Source: Hemiscyllium ocellatum
Taxonomy: Eukaryota
Assembly: GCF_020745735.1 (NCBI RefSeq)
Contig: NW_026867509.1
Coordinates: 372,001-436,000 of the forward strand
DNA length: 64,000 bases
Reading direction: 5' to 3'
The translations under genes and the position numbers were made by a program. Position 1 is the first letter of the stretch. Each line of letters opens with the position of its first letter. The notes beneath the pieces are model-generated. The model was not told where the DNA came from, did not search any database, and was given only the letters and a program-made list of their open reading frames with translations. Positions 35,701 through 49,195 of this stretch are shown here, in pieces.

Positions 35701-38499
35701 TTTTACCACTGAATCTATAGATTCCCCAGTAACGTGCAGCATTGTGATTGTCTCTCCACAGTTGCACCACGAAATTGTGCTGAAGCAACAATGTTGAATG
35801 CTTGTGGGCAGGGATTCTGGAAGGTCCTGAAACCACAGCAACGATCACTCTCGCCCTGATAGAATAATACCTGCCACTTGCTCGATCGAACTTGTCAGGA
35901 ACAACCTGTTACTGAGAGCCTGTGTAGATTATTCATTCCTCAATCCAAGGTAAAATGCTGGCAGAACTTATTCAGGAAGCTTTGTCCATATGAGACGCCA
36001 AGATAAATAGCAGGCAGTAGATACATTGGCAATGTCATTTTGGGGAATAAAGTGAGACGCATCGTGGATATTCTCAAAGACTTTTCTGCTGTCATCTTTT
36101 ACGCAATTTTATAGTAAAGTGTTCTTTGTGTCGACAGGAAACCAGAGGAGGCATGCCAAACGGACTTAAATTTTGAGACTTACTCAGGGGTACTACATCT
36201 ACTCTAGGCCAAGAGCTCTGAATTCAAAACGCATCTGCCCAGACCTGTTCCATAAGAGAGTAGAGCAGGTAACTTCTATTTGTTGTTTCTTCCATATACA
36301 AATGATTCAGTTCACAAAAAGAGAAGCATTCCTCCAGGACCAAGTTGCTGCATGGATTGCACAAACTTCACGATCACACAAATGACGGCATAAAGTGCAT
36401 AAGAAGTGCAAAACATACAAATTGCTGTGTAATAAAAGAATGATATTTTATAGAAATTTTTCTATCAGCAATTCCAAACTGTGCAAAAAATTTCAGATGA
36501 AAACGAATCCAATCATACAGTGTTCAGGAGCCTGATGGAAAGAAACTGCTGCACAGTCTGACCTTGAGAGACCCAATGCTCTGGTATCTTCTGCCAGATG
36601 ACAGGAGGGAAAAGTGTTTGAGTAAGGGATTTGTGTTGTCTTCCACAATGGCCTTAGACTTTTGGATGCAGCGTGTGGTGTAATTTAGATTTTGTTGTCA
36701 TTTGTACTCAACTACTGAAATATAAAAAATACAATGAAATGTGTGAAAGTCACAATTCTTTGGAGCCATTTTAGTACACAAACACAAAGGATGAAAAACA
36801 AAATCGGAAATAAAAGAAGGAGCAAAAAGAAAAATGAAACATTTAGATTGGTTCCCGCATGAGACCTCACACCCAGAATAGCAAAGCTACCAAGTACATT
36901 CCTCAGTCTGCGCATACTCAGTTACAGCAAGACCTCACAATTCTGATGGAGCCAGTAGGCCAACGCTTCCACCGTCCATTACATGGTGCCAGGCATGGGC
37001 TGCAATCATGCCATCGCTGTTGGCACCATGTCACTAATCTATTACGCCATATCGCCTGTCTGGTTTTCCTGATACACAATCCTCCATTTATTGAGCAGTC
37101 AATTGTGTTTCCACAAAGTAACTTTGTGGTCATCCAAGATAGAGAAGTGTGCTGTATTCCGCTGCTCGCTATAATATGTAGGCCTCTGAGTCCCACAGTT
37201 TTGAGGAAGCAGTGCAAAACGTTGATCCAGTAAGTTTGTTTATTTTTTGTCCTCGCTTTGACCTTTTTAGAAGTTTTCTTCGGATAATACAGAAAAGACG
37301 AGGTGCAATAACGAATCATTTCCAATTATCTATGCTTGAGATCATGATTTACACTTTGACATACGATGAACATGCACAATTCTTTTACAACGCAGAAATT
37401 TTACAAACAGAACGCAATGCATGTGGCTTCAGATGTAACCAAAATGTCACTCCAAGTATGACTTAAGATTTTCTTGTCTTTGATGAGGATCGTCATCAGG
37501 ATGTTCTCGGAATATGCTACCCGGGAGTCCATGGAGACAAGTAATCAATCTTTTCGATGAGGTTCTTAATCATAGCAGCTGCTTTTCTTTGTGTCGAAAT
37601 GATCCAAACCGAATCAAAACAAAATATGCTGATTTTTTTCATCTAAGCAGCAACGCAGGTCACAATAATGTTTACAAAATTAGCATTCATCGATAATATG
37701 GCTGTTTGTTTCAATGCCTGTAATGCATTGGACAGCAGTGTAATTTCATCAATGGGCGGGATTGTTAAATAAGTAAGTAAGCAAGTAAGATGGACTCAAC
37801 TTGATCTGCTTTTGTTGATCAAAAGTACATTTACGTGTAATTGTGTATACAAATTAAATCAACATTTTAATGAACTTATGTACCCACGAAACCAGATGCA
37901 TTAACAACCGTGACTCTGCTGGCATGTTCTTGCTGAGTGGAGCACTATGGAGCTGTCTCTTTGGACAGATTATTGGCCAATTATGATTGCGTATCAGTGA
38001 AGTCAGGCTTCACGCACCCTGAAAGCATTTGTTTTCAATGACCTATCTGCAGATTGAACTCAACCAATCGCATTACAGAATCTCAGAATCACGTTGCACT
38101 TGGTGAGTGATCAAGCAGAAAAAATAAGTTCAGTAGTGAAAAGGTGGTTGTGTCTTCCAAGACAATTTGCGTTTCTCAGGCTGGTCACAAGTTGGAACGC
38201 CTGCTTTGTCCCAAAGTCCAGTTAATCATCATGTTGTTATAGGACGAAATGCAACTGGGGTAGTTCCATAATCGTTGCCCATTGTTTGTTGGAACAGTAC
38301 CTTAGCCCTTGATAAAATATCAATTCCATCTCTTCGTAAACGTCAGTCGAACAGCTGGTGCACTGATCTGTTTTTGTTGAGTAAATGCAATTAATATGAA
38401 ACATGAAATATCTTAATTATTTCCCTCGAGACTTGGCAACAACTATAAACGTGAACATTTTGGAGTGAAGTGCATAATGCACAGCAGTTTGCGTTAGAA

Positions 38500-38569
38500 A
38501 TGCACGGAATACCGAAGGGTCTGGTGTTTGCCATTTACTATCCTGCTCTTGCAGTAGTCGGAGTGCCAG
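38500..38569 (+). CDS. GPR139-like class A GPCR copy 2, exon 1 (N-terminus and start of TM1)
   Basis: ATG 38500, MHGIPKGLVFAIYYPALAVVGVP + G, donor GTGAAG at 38570. Phase 1 matches the acceptor at 42784-42785 and gives ...GVP-A-NLTVIAILSQRKCGLS. Confidence 0.85.
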
Positions 38570-39189
38570 GTGAAGTACATAGCTTCAGTCACAATTGCTT
38601 GAATCATGCATTAACTGCTCCAATTCTAACTTTGCTTACTAACACATCTCGAAGATATATATTTTCTCTTTTTAATTAACGATGTCCGCCACTTCAAATG
38701 TACAAATTATTTCTCTTATATTGTTTCTGATTCTTTACAGAGCCGATTTTCTACATTAAGTGCTGTACTTCACAAGTTAACCTTAAAGTCAAGTCATTGT
38801 CTGAGTTTTCTATCCATAAATAATTTAATTTCCCACATTCACCGTGCTATTTCACCAACATAATCGTTAATTTCTTCTCATGACCTGCTTCATTTACTGC
38901 TTCAATGTTTGTTTCACAGGGGCACTTTACCATTTTCAGACATTTTCCCCATTTAGCTTTATCATCTCAAGATTAAAATATTGTTCTCCTGTTTTATTCA
39001 CAGTCATTTTGGGGGAGTTATGATACCGCTATCACGTTTGGATGCAAGTATGCTACATTATTCGGAATATTTCGAAGGGCCAAATGGCACAAAACTATTG
39101 CAATGGAAGTATTATCAGTGTTACTGTGGGTAAAGTATTGTAGTACTCCTTGCTGATGATGAATATTATCAGCATGGAAGCGTGGGCCT

Positions 39190-39492
39190 GATTAGATTAC
39201 TTACAGTGTGGAGACAGGCCCTTCAGCCCAACAAGTCCACACCAACCCTCCGAAGTGCAACCCACCTGGACAAATTCCCCGGCATTTACCCCTTCACCTA
39301 ACACTATGGGAAATTTAGCATAGCCAATTCACCTAATCGGGACATTATAGGACTGTGGGCGGAAACCAGAGCACCAGGAGGAAACCCACACAGACACAGG
39401 ACGAACACAGACAGTTTCCTGAGACAGGAATTTAACGCGGGTCCCTGGCACTGTTAGGCAGCAGTGCTATCCACTGTTCCAGCGTGCCACCC
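39190..39492 (-). mobile_element. HE1-type SINE (near full length), in GPCR intron
   Basis: gattagattacttacagtgtggagacaggcccttcagcccaacaagtccac...gcagtgctatccactgttccagcgtgccaccc. Confidence 0.85.
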
Positions 39493-39498
39493 ACGCTT

Positions 39499-39733
39499 TT
39501 AGATTAGAATCTTTATAGTAGGGAAACAGGCCCTTTGGCCCAATAAGTCCACATCGACCCTCCGAAGGGCACCCACCCACACCCGTGCCCCTACCATATA
39601 TTTACCCGTGACTAACACAGCAAATGCTAATTGCAATTCACCTAACCTGCACATCTTTGGACTGTGGGAGGAAACCGGAGCACCCAGAGGGAAACCCACG
39701 CAGACACGGGGAGAACGTGCAAACTCCACACAG
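39499..39733 (-). mobile_element. HE1-type SINE, 5'-truncated, tandem to the previous copy
   Basis: ttagattagaatc...ggaaacaggccc...ggaaaccggagcacccagagggaaacccacgcagacacggggagaacgtgcaaactccacacag. Confidence 0.85.
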
Positions 39734-41379
39734 AGAGTATGTTGGGTTATTCTCAGCTTTCTGTTGATATATTTGCACATTGTATTCCTGACCATGCAAC
39801 AGTTACAGAATAATTTTCAAAATACATCATTGAGTGAGAGAGTGGGAGTTTTACGGTATCCATTCAGATTTGACCTCCACTGGCTGGTCCAGTAATAACT
39901 CATCTTCCTTCGTTGACATCATGCGCTTGCTTCTTGAAATGTCAATGTAATCAACTTTTGGAATTGACACTATTCCCAACAGCATTGTTGGCCTGAGCGT
40001 AAGTTAGAGCAATAGATGAAGAAAGTAGAGCACAGCTTCTGAAGAATAATTCGGTACGGATTGTTAAGAGAAATGTTTTCAATCAGTGAGGAATTAACAA
40101 GTCTTGCCCTTGACCACTGTTATGATGTGTATATCATAGTCTTGCTAACATGGTGTCAATTAAATCGTGATGGAGTAATTCCCAGATTGAAAGTTTGGGA
40201 CCCTTGAACCAGTCGTTAGCGAACTGTTGACAGATATAGAAGCAACATATGTACTCCAGATTGGTTATTTTTATTTTCCTTTGTCTCAAAGAGCACTGTT
40301 TACGTTTTCAGCCGGTTTTCCCGCTTCAGGTTCTCAGCCCAGCTCTGCCCTTGCACACTGATAACTGTTGATGTTTCCATCATAATGTTTACTAAGGCAG
40401 AAATGTCTCACATTTTCCTCATCATGAATAGTTTCGACATATTGATACAGAACTGAGAGATTCAAACAAGCAAATGGGCAATAGCAGCTTTAAACTGGAC
40501 TGATAGTATACTTTCATAATGTGTTTTTATAACAGCCCATGCTGGACTCATCCAGCAAGCTGGCTTTCCAAATGGTCATTCTTGTAGCAAGTTGGGATGC
40601 ATTACAAACTTTCTAGAGATAGTAATCTAATTGTAATTCGCGCACAGTTTGAGCAAAAAGGACTTTCAAACTGAAATAAGGGCAATAATGTCATGAAGAG
40701 ACTTTTAATCCATTAAATGGAAATTCAGAATAAAGGATTCATGAATAGTGATGATCTAGAAGATGAGTAAGGGAATGTTTCCGAACACAAAGATGAGAAC
40801 TGATCCATCCAAATCAGAAATAAATATTCCAAGGAGACAGTCAAATTCTGCAGCTAACTGAAAATGTTAAATAGGACAAAATAAATAAATAGCAGAATTT
40901 TGCAAAAAATGGTGAATGGTCAAGAAATTGGTAGAATATGAAAGGATGGTTGAGTGTGAATAAAACCTTAATTAGGAGAGAAGCATTGGATGTGGAGGGA
41001 TTATTGCCTTTGTTATTTTACATTGGCCTTTCCTGTAGTCAGCACAAATTATACATCAGCAATAGCGTTAAATTTGGAAATATTTGTGAGGATGGAAGTA
41101 AAGAAATGAAGAATCAGTGAAAAAAAAATTGAGCAAATGTTTCAAGTTCTACGCAAACAACAGGTCTCAAAAGATCAATCAGAAAATTTTATCTTAAGAA
41201 TGTCTAAAGTCAATGGTTGAAGAGATTTGCAAGATTGCTGAGATTTGGCAAATAATACATTATCTTGATAAATAGCATAATTACGGTCTTTGTCCAAGAT
41301 GTGGGGATGAAATGACTGGGAGAGAATCGAGGAAACGACAGGCCACTTATCTCAACGTGGCTGAATTGAAAATTGTACG

Positions 41380-42130
41380 AATCCATCGTAAAATTAACTG
41401 AAATAGCACTATTAAGCATACAGTAATATGGCAATATAAACAGTTTTTTCGAAGTGAAATCGTAATTAATTTTATTGGAATTTTATGAAAGCATTACATG
41501 GGGTGTGGCTAACGTGCAATAGAAAGATGTATATAGATTTCCTAAACATTTCTCGTAAGTTACCAAATGAATGGTTATAATGTAGAATAAATTGTCATTG
41601 AGTAATAATTATTATGCTTGCGTGGATAGCGAAACATGCTAGAAGGAATCAAAGAGGAGGCAAAATAAATCTTGCATTAGAAAAACGCAAAGCTTAGTGT
41701 ATGGCAAGGATGAGTCCTGAGGCTTCGAACGTTTGCAACATTTATGATTGTTATGGATAATAGTAACAAGCTATGGATACTGAACATAATGAATGACACA
41801 AATAGGTTTGTATGTAAGTTGTGAAGACAGCATAATCAGATTATAAAAGAAAAATACATCAAGTGAGTGGAAAAAAGTGATAACTGGGGTATAATTTGAA
41901 AGAAATTTAGAAAAAATAATAAAAGCTAAGCTGAGTGTCCACGTGATGAGTGCTGACAGCTTTATGGGATAATGAGGTTGTACGCAAAGACATCAAGTAG
42001 CTGAGGAAGTGGATAGATATTACTACTTAAAATGGCAGAAATATAATTCAAATGTAGTGAAGTTATGCTTCAATTTCAAAGGCATAAAGGCACCACTTGT
42101 AATGAACTGTCCACAGTATAGGTTTCCTGA
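41380..42130 (+). mobile_element. Very old CR1 RT fragment in GPCR intron
   Basis: gatgtatatagatttcctaaacatt...aagttacc and aatggcagaaatataattcaaatgtagtgaagttatgc resemble the decayed DV.YLDF.KAFDKV and W.M.FN..KC.V.H motifs. Confidence 0.5.
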
Positions 42131-42785
42131 TTAAGGATTGCTATAAATGATTTGCAAACAATTCAGAGAAGGTAAGATTTACCAGAATGATTCATGGCAC
42201 GTCAAAGGTTCTTGCAATTATCAGCTGAAGAACTCGGTAGTACAACTCCATGCTTTCCACTTTTACTTCCCCAACTCAGAGAAATGTAAATTTGCCACTC
42301 ATCTCTTCTGTTTCTGTATAAATCTTAAATCAATTGCTGATATTGACAGCACCGAATAATGTCACAGCATTTGATTAAGAGGAGCCATATTTGATCCTCA
42401 GTGATGTGTAAACCGTATTACTGTCAGCTTCCATACTAGTTGTCTTACCCACGACAACATTTTCTAGAAGGCTTTGATATTATTATTTCACTGCATCACT
42501 TAACGAATCAATATTAATGTAAACTATATGCAGTATTGTTCTTGTTCTCTACTAAAATCCAACAGCCTGTTTAGTATTCCTTATCCATTTACAAACATAA
42601 TTTTAAGCTGCAAGTATGTTTTGAATGTGGTGACGATTCCATCTCCTAAAACGTATAAATATCACCGAATAATATGTTTCAAAAAGCATTCAGTTAAATA
42701 GACAATATACTAGAAGTCAAAGAAGTAATTTTCCTGTTCTCTCTCCCTCCTCTTTCTCTCACTCTTCGTGTTTTCACTGATATAG

Positions 42786-43684
42786 CTAATTTGACAGTAA
42801 TTGCAATCCTATCTCAAAGAAAATGCGGCCTGTCTGGATGTATGCGTCTTTATCTGTTGTTCATGGCGTTGACAGATCTGCTAGTCCTGGTCACTGCTGG
42901 AATATTAAACAGGATTGCTCGGATTTACTCTCAATACAGTTTCCTATCCATCACTCCAGTGTGCAGTCTCCGTACTGTGTTAACTTCCATTGCCTTTTTG
43001 AGCTCAACTTGGTTAACTGTCACTTTCACCTTTGATCGATTTGTGATGATTTCATGTCCAAAGCTGAAAAGAAAATATTGCACCAAAAATGCAGCAGCAC
43101 GGGTCATAGGAATTGTGTTTGCATTATGTATCATAACAAGTGCATTTTGGTACTTTGTATATGAACCCGTGTATACAGTTAACAATGTACCCTGGTTCTG
43201 CAAGCCAAAATTAATATTTTACGTGTCACCTGAGTGGGCAGCATATGATTTAATTCGTAGCATTTTGAACTCTCTTCTCCCATTCATTCTGATTTTACTA
43301 CTCAATGCTCTGACGGTTAGAAACATTCTTGTCGCAAATAGTGCCCGCAGGAGACTCCGGGCCCAGAATCACGGAGACAATCAGAGTGATCCAGAGATGG
43401 AGAAGAGGAGAAGATCCATTGTGCTACTCTTTGCAATTTCAGGCAGTTTCCTCTTGTTGTATTTGTTATCTTTTATAACGATCCTGTATATCCGAATTGG
43501 CAAAGTTACCTATTTTTCAGGTTCAAATTTCACTAAATCGACATTTATCATTGAGGAGATTGGATTTATGCTCATATTTTTGTGTTCCTGCATTAACCCG
43601 TTTATTTATGCTGGAACTCAAAACCAATTTAGAGACGAGTTAAAGAATGGCCTTAAATACCCACTGCGTCGATATCTTAAATAA
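42786..43684 (+). CDS. GPR139-like class A GPCR copy 2, exon 2 (TM1-TM7, C-tail); spliced protein 322 aa, apparently intact
   Basis: Polypyrimidine tract and AG at 42784-42785; open frame with MALTDLLVL (TM2), FDRF (DRY-like), WFC in ECL2, LLPF (TM5) and CINPFIY (NPxxY); TAA at 43682-43684. Confidence 0.92.
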
Positions 43685-44222
43685 TTCAAAATACGGAAAT
43701 TGCAACAGACCACGTCAACCGTCTGCAATGTTCCAAATGCATATTATAACAACGTGGAGAACATAAAATATAAAATATAAAGTTACAGAATTTGCAGAAG
43801 AAACCAGTACTATTAGGATTTCTGTATGTTTTATTTACTTGATTGCTTTCAGTGTCATCAATAAAGCCAGCATTTGTTGCCCTCCATAATTCCAGGCATT
43901 AAGTAACCTATGACGGTGACTGGTATGAAACAAATACAAACTTTGTTAGATTCAGTAAATTAACGTTTCGGTTATTTCACGGATTTTAACGCACTATCAT
44001 ACAAGTAATTGATTGAATGCCAAATGTGCCATTAATGGAGACAAAGACTAATATTGCATGAATGAATAAAGCAAGCACGTGCAAAGATAAATCAGTCAAG
44101 ATCCGGGGTAAGATAAACAGCAAGGGTCAATTTGAATTTAACGTTGAAAAGAACAAGAAAATAGAATCTGAGATGCAAATACTTTTGTACACAGGAGAGA
44201 AAGTTTTTTTTTAATTACTGAG

Positions 44223-44705
44223 TCTGAGAGCTCAGTAATTGAATGAAGTGGCTGTCAGCTTCAATCCCGGGATAATTAAACTGGTGAATTTATTTACTGC
44301 CTGGAGTCCGAAACAGCCTTCGGAAAAATCTACTTTACATTCAAATTCACTTGAATCTTTCTACTAAACAAACTGAAGCTGTGAATCCGGATGCTGTCGG
44401 CACCAGAATAAATAGTAGTCGTTCCAAGTCCATTTACAGAAAACAATTCAATTCATTGTTTTTTCCTTCTGAATGAATATCCAAGAATAACGGCTGAATG
44501 ATAGAATATCCATGACTCATGTCTGAAAAGAAAACATGTTCAATGAGAAAAATATCTGAGATGTGGTTATTCCAAATTCAGAATGAAACCATGTTCTGTC
44601 AACGAGGGAAATTATGGAAAGAGCTGCATCATAATTACCTATCAGGATTGTTCCCTGCTCAGTCCAGACACCAATCAGGTGCACTGTCCTGACAGCTCTG
44701 TGCAA
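44223..44705 (-). pseudogene. TCR delta/alpha-type V pseudogene, paralogue of the 3944-4715 V
   Basis: Donor GTAATT 44638, acceptor 44523-44524; MSHGYSIIQPLFLDIHSEGKNNELNCFL*, frameshift, WNDYYLFWCRQHPDSQLQFV**KDSSEFECKVDFSEGCFG...FTSLIIPGLKLTATSFNY*ALR; decayed RSS CTCAGTA-27-ACAAAAGTA. Confidence 0.85.
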
Positions 44706-45189
44706 AGGGTATTAAGTATTTCAAAACATTGATTTTAATTCCTATCCTCAAGTCTTCTGACATGTCTCATCTCACAGTCTTATGCCCCCAGAATGTAATG
44801 ACACTGACGGGAAGTATATCAGCTCCAATTGATCGGATGCATTTCAAGAGAGGCTAGGACCAGTGATCATACAGGAGAGCCTTTTCCACTTTATTTAAGA
44901 TTGGTACCTATGCCTGCTGTTTTATATATTATTGTATGTGACATTAACATGATTTGTTTTGTCACCATTTACTTCTCATCCCTATTTTCCTGGCGAAAAT
45001 GGGAATGGTGTTCCTTCATGATGCCATACAGCATATGTGGTACAGTGTGATTAGTGGAGGCGATGGAGACGGTGGGGCAGGGTTTGTGGTAGGTTTCTAT
45101 TATTCCTGCGAAACTAAAGGGGGGAGGGGGTACTTATATCGTTTTAGTCATTTTGGTAAATGATTTGGAGATAAACGTATATCAATTAA

Positions 45190-46620
45190 CTATGACGTAT
45201 ATCAACTAACTTCTCTGCAATCTTACCTCTTGTCTCCCATAGCAGCCCATCATCAGGCCCTGGGAATCCATGCTTCTTTGTCCTCGTGAATAAAAGTAGT
45301 ATTCCATTTCCTTATCAAATAAACGTGTTCTAGGAAGCCACCACCCCAAATCAAATCCTTGGTGACTTTGTATTTCTCTTATGTGAATACTGTATTTTCC
45401 CAATTCCTCTTATTCTTTATGTATCTGTACAATTCCCTGATATCTTGTGGACACACCTTGCCCCCCCCCAACTTCATTTCAAGCAATCCCACATATTCTC
45501 TATACTTCTGAATGACCTTTCCTGTCTTTTAAAGCATATTAACTGATGCACACGCCCTTCTTTTTCCTTACCGACAATTACATGCTTTGACATCTCGGCT
45601 TTACTATACATGTTGCCCTGACCCTTCACTCTTGAAGCAACATAGTGAACCTGAACTCTCAAGGAACAAAGAGCAAAGGAAATAAACAGCCTAGGAACAG
45701 TTCCTTTGGGCCCTTCAAATCTGAACCGATCCAAATCCACTGTTTAAACCTATTGCGCAATTCCTATGGATGTGTATGCCTCTCCTCCCCAACTTCTCAG
45801 GCATCTGTCCAGACGCAATATAAATGAATTATTTTCTACCTCTGTTGGCAATTCAGTCCGGGCATCTGCCCCCACTGTATGAAACATTTGTTGCGTGTAT
45901 CCACCTTAAACTTTTCACCTCTAAACTTGAACGCGTGGTCTCCCGTTATTGAATCCGTTATCCTGGAAAAAAAATTATTTCTATGCACCCTGTCTGTTCG
46001 CTTCATGATTTTGTAAACATCAAACAGGTCCCCCCAGTCTCCATTTTTCTAAGGAAAACAATCCTAACCTACTCAACCTCGCTTCATGCCTTGCAAATTC
46101 CATACCAGGCAACATCCTCGTAAAATTTCTCTGCACCCTGTCCATCGCTTGCACATCCTTTTGCTAATGTGGCGACCAGAACTGCACACAGTATTTTATA
46201 TGCGGCTGAAGCAATGTCTTGTACAGTTTTGCCATGACCTACCAGCTTTTAACTCAATACCCAGTTCTATGAAGGCAAGCATACCATATGACTTCTTGAC
46301 CACTCGATCTACCTATGCAGCCATCTTCAAGGTACAATGTACCTGAAATCCCAGATCTCTTTGCTCATCAATTTTGTTTTCCCAAGGATCTTCCGTTTAC
46401 AGTGTTCTTTCCACTAGAATTAGACTTCCCAAAATGCATCACCTCACATTTGACTGAATTGAACTCCATCTGCCACCTCTCCATCCAACTTTCCAGTCTA
46501 TCTATATTGTCGTATATTCTTTGACAATCCCCGATGCGTTTTGCTTCTCCATCAATATTCGTGTCATCTGCAATCTAACTGATGAGACCAAAACTGTCCT
46601 CCTCCAGATCTCATTAAAAA
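45190..46620 (-). mobile_element. CR1 3' fragments (antisense)
   Basis: Antisense CR1 C-terminal ORF2 and 3' UTR (cactcgatctacctatgcagccatcttc...cccaaaatgcatcacctcacattt...ctccatctgccac). Confidence 0.75.
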
Positions 46621-46640
46621 TTATTAAAAATTCTCCCACT

Positions 46641-46949
46641 GGGGGTGGCACAGTGCCGCAGTGGTTAGCAATGTTGCCCTACAGAGCGTGGTAAAAGGGT
46701 TCAATTCCAGTCTCGGGCGAATGTCTGTGTGGAGTTTATACATTCTCCCTTTGTCTATGTGGTTTGGCTCGGGGTGTTCTGGTGTCCTCCCACGATCCAA
46801 AAATGTGTAGTTTAGGTGAATTGGCCATGATGATTTGTCCATAGTGTTCAGTGTATCAGTGAAGGGAAATGAGTCTGGATGGGTCGGTGTAGACTTGTTG
46901 GGCCGGAGGACGTGTTTTCACTATGTAGGTAATCTAATCTAATCTAATC
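46641..46949 (+). mobile_element. HE1-type SINE, full length
   Basis: tRNA-like head with A-box-like gtggttagc and B box GGTTCAATTCC (46698-46708); (AATCT)n tail ending at 46949. Confidence 0.88.
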
Positions 46950-47782
46950 AAAATTAGATGTACTTGCAAGCTTTCTTTCCCCATCTACATCTGCCAGATC
47001 CTATTTAATGATATTGTCCTCGGCTTTCCCCGAATTTATATATTTAATTTCTAAACTAAGCTTGCCACTTTTCACAATATATTCAAAACTTTCAGTGTTA
47101 TGGGTATTATCCCGATAAATGTAGCACATTGACACTTCCATCACTTGGCCGATTTCATTCGTCAATTGGCCCCTCTATTAAGTATGGATAAAAGTCTTTC
47201 AACGTTCAGATGGATTCTGTGGGCAGAAAAGAATCCATGTGGTTTGGACCTGCTTTATTATCCAGTTTCCTTGACCATCATCGTCACAGCCGGAAGGGTC
47301 TTCAGACACCACATCCCAAGATGTGTCTCGCATTTCCACATTGATATTCAGGTTACATTTGCCACACTTTCTATTGGGTTCTCCTTTATTTTGGTTATTA
47401 TCGAATAATAAACTTTATTTTCAGAAACTAATCCTTCAATATGGGCAATATCGGCTACATGCGATAATGTTTCTTTCTGCATAAGTATAATGCATCCGTG
47501 AGTTTTGCTGTGCAAACCATTTAGCATTGCAAATAAAGAAGAGGCAATTAAATTCAGTTTGTCTTCTCACAAAATTCTCCACCTTATTCTATGTAATGTA
47601 ATCGCAATATTCATAACATCTTTGTCTCCGTGTGTTGATGCCCTGATGAACACACCAGACCTTCGTTGATCCCATTTATTGCACTTCTGCACAACTCCTC
47701 TGCACTGTGACGACAGAACTGTTGCTACAGTTCACCGGTATGAAAGCTCCATTTAGTATACACTCACCAAATTCAGACGCAA

Positions 47783-48122
47783 GGTTGTTGTACTTGTTCT
47801 GCTTTATCTCTGCACCAGTGTGAGTGCTTTATGGCAAAGAAAGACATGGTGCTTTCAATTGAAGAGCATCAGAATACTTAATCTAATCAGCTTATTTTCT
47901 TTGTGCAGGTTAAAACAGAACATGCTCAACAATTCTGGAGGTTTATACTCATCCTCCATGTATCTTGAGTAAATACCTCAGAATTTTCCGAGAGGATTGC
48001 ATGTCCCAGATTAGCGTGCTGCCAGCGTAGGTTCTCGAGCAGCAGCAGTGCAGATTTATGTACTCACTGTTCCAGACAATAAACTCAGATTAATTTTATG
48101 ACACTGAATCATTTTACTCATT
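47783..48122 (-). pseudogene. TCR alpha-type V pseudogene, paralogue of the 8397-8838 V
   Basis: Acceptor 48123-48124; DSVS*N*SEFIVWNSEYINLHCCCSRTYAGSTLIWDMQSSRKILRYLLKIHGG...; CACACTG 47816-47822, 24 bp, ACAACAACC 47783-47791. Confidence 0.82.
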
Positions 48123-49059
48123 CTTGTGTCACAATTACAAGGTGGTTCCGTGGCGAAGGAAGAAAACCACACCCTGGAAAGCCACTCGCGATTAAGAATA
48201 GAATATTTTAATAGTATATAAGTCCATTATCTTTGGCGAGGAATACAGAAAGCAAGTCGTATCCAGTTTATACTTTGAAAGAAAATGCCAATTCATTTAA
48301 ATGTGTTGATCTCCTCGTCTGAAATGAAAACGTAACCAGGTTCAGGCTTCATTTCCTGAGAGACTGAGTGTGTTCCCTAAATACAGTACTGAAAACATTG
48401 TCCGCAGGTAACAGCTGCACACCAAGAAATGAGAGCAGTAGACATTAACTTCCTCTAATTCGTGTCAGATTCTTCTCTGACATTCTTCGTGTCCCTTTGC
48501 TCTGTATTCTTGCGCTAATCTCTTCTTCTCCCTGATGAGACTACCTCTGATTGATATAGATATTCCCTCTGCCATAAAATAGATGCTAATTAATCTAATG
48601 TCATAATTTCACGGATATTAGGGAAATAAACTGCTGTTCTCACTGGTCAGGATGACATGTGATTCACGAGCCACGACCTTGTGTTTCATTCTTAACTTCC
48701 GTTCTGCCTTTAAAGGACAGATAATAAATGTGAACTTTGTCACTAAAGCCGACATCCATTCAATGATTAAAAAATAATCTTGGCAATGATCGCAGAGTTT
48801 GATGGGGTGGGCAAATATAATCACAATACCAAATTAGCCAGCAGGTGGTGGGAACGCAATTGTGGAATGTTCAGATTGATCCTGGACAGAAAATGAAGCA
48901 ATAACCGTTGTGACTAATATTTTATGTTCAATGAAACCCTAAGTCAGATTCAGTCAATCCCAAATAATGCAAACTGTTTTTCATGACATCATGACAGAGA
49001 TCATGTATTCGTGATTCATTAAATGCTCTGAAGTGTGAGAGGAGGCGAGAGACACAGTG

Positions 49060-49195
49060 AGTATGAGAGAGAGAGAGAGATAAAGGGAGAGAAAATGAGG
49101 GAGGGGCAGAGAGGGAGGGAAAGACCGAGAGAGACATGGAGAAAAACAAAAAAGAGACAAAGAGAGAAAGGAAAAGGGAGAGAGAGACCGATAGG
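49060..49195. repeat. GA-rich low-complexity tract
   Basis: gagagagagagagataaagggagagaaaatgagggaggggcagagagggaggg... Confidence 0.9.

Noticed and set aside
36859-37325. Overlapping 124-aa and 135-aa ORFs on opposite strands
   Set aside because: No family recognised; more likely an old unclassified repeat than a gene.
47000-47408. Possible V relic (minus), or YYPVSL GPCR-exon-1-like ORF (plus)
   Set aside because: Neither reading has supporting splice sites, RSS or enough conserved residues.
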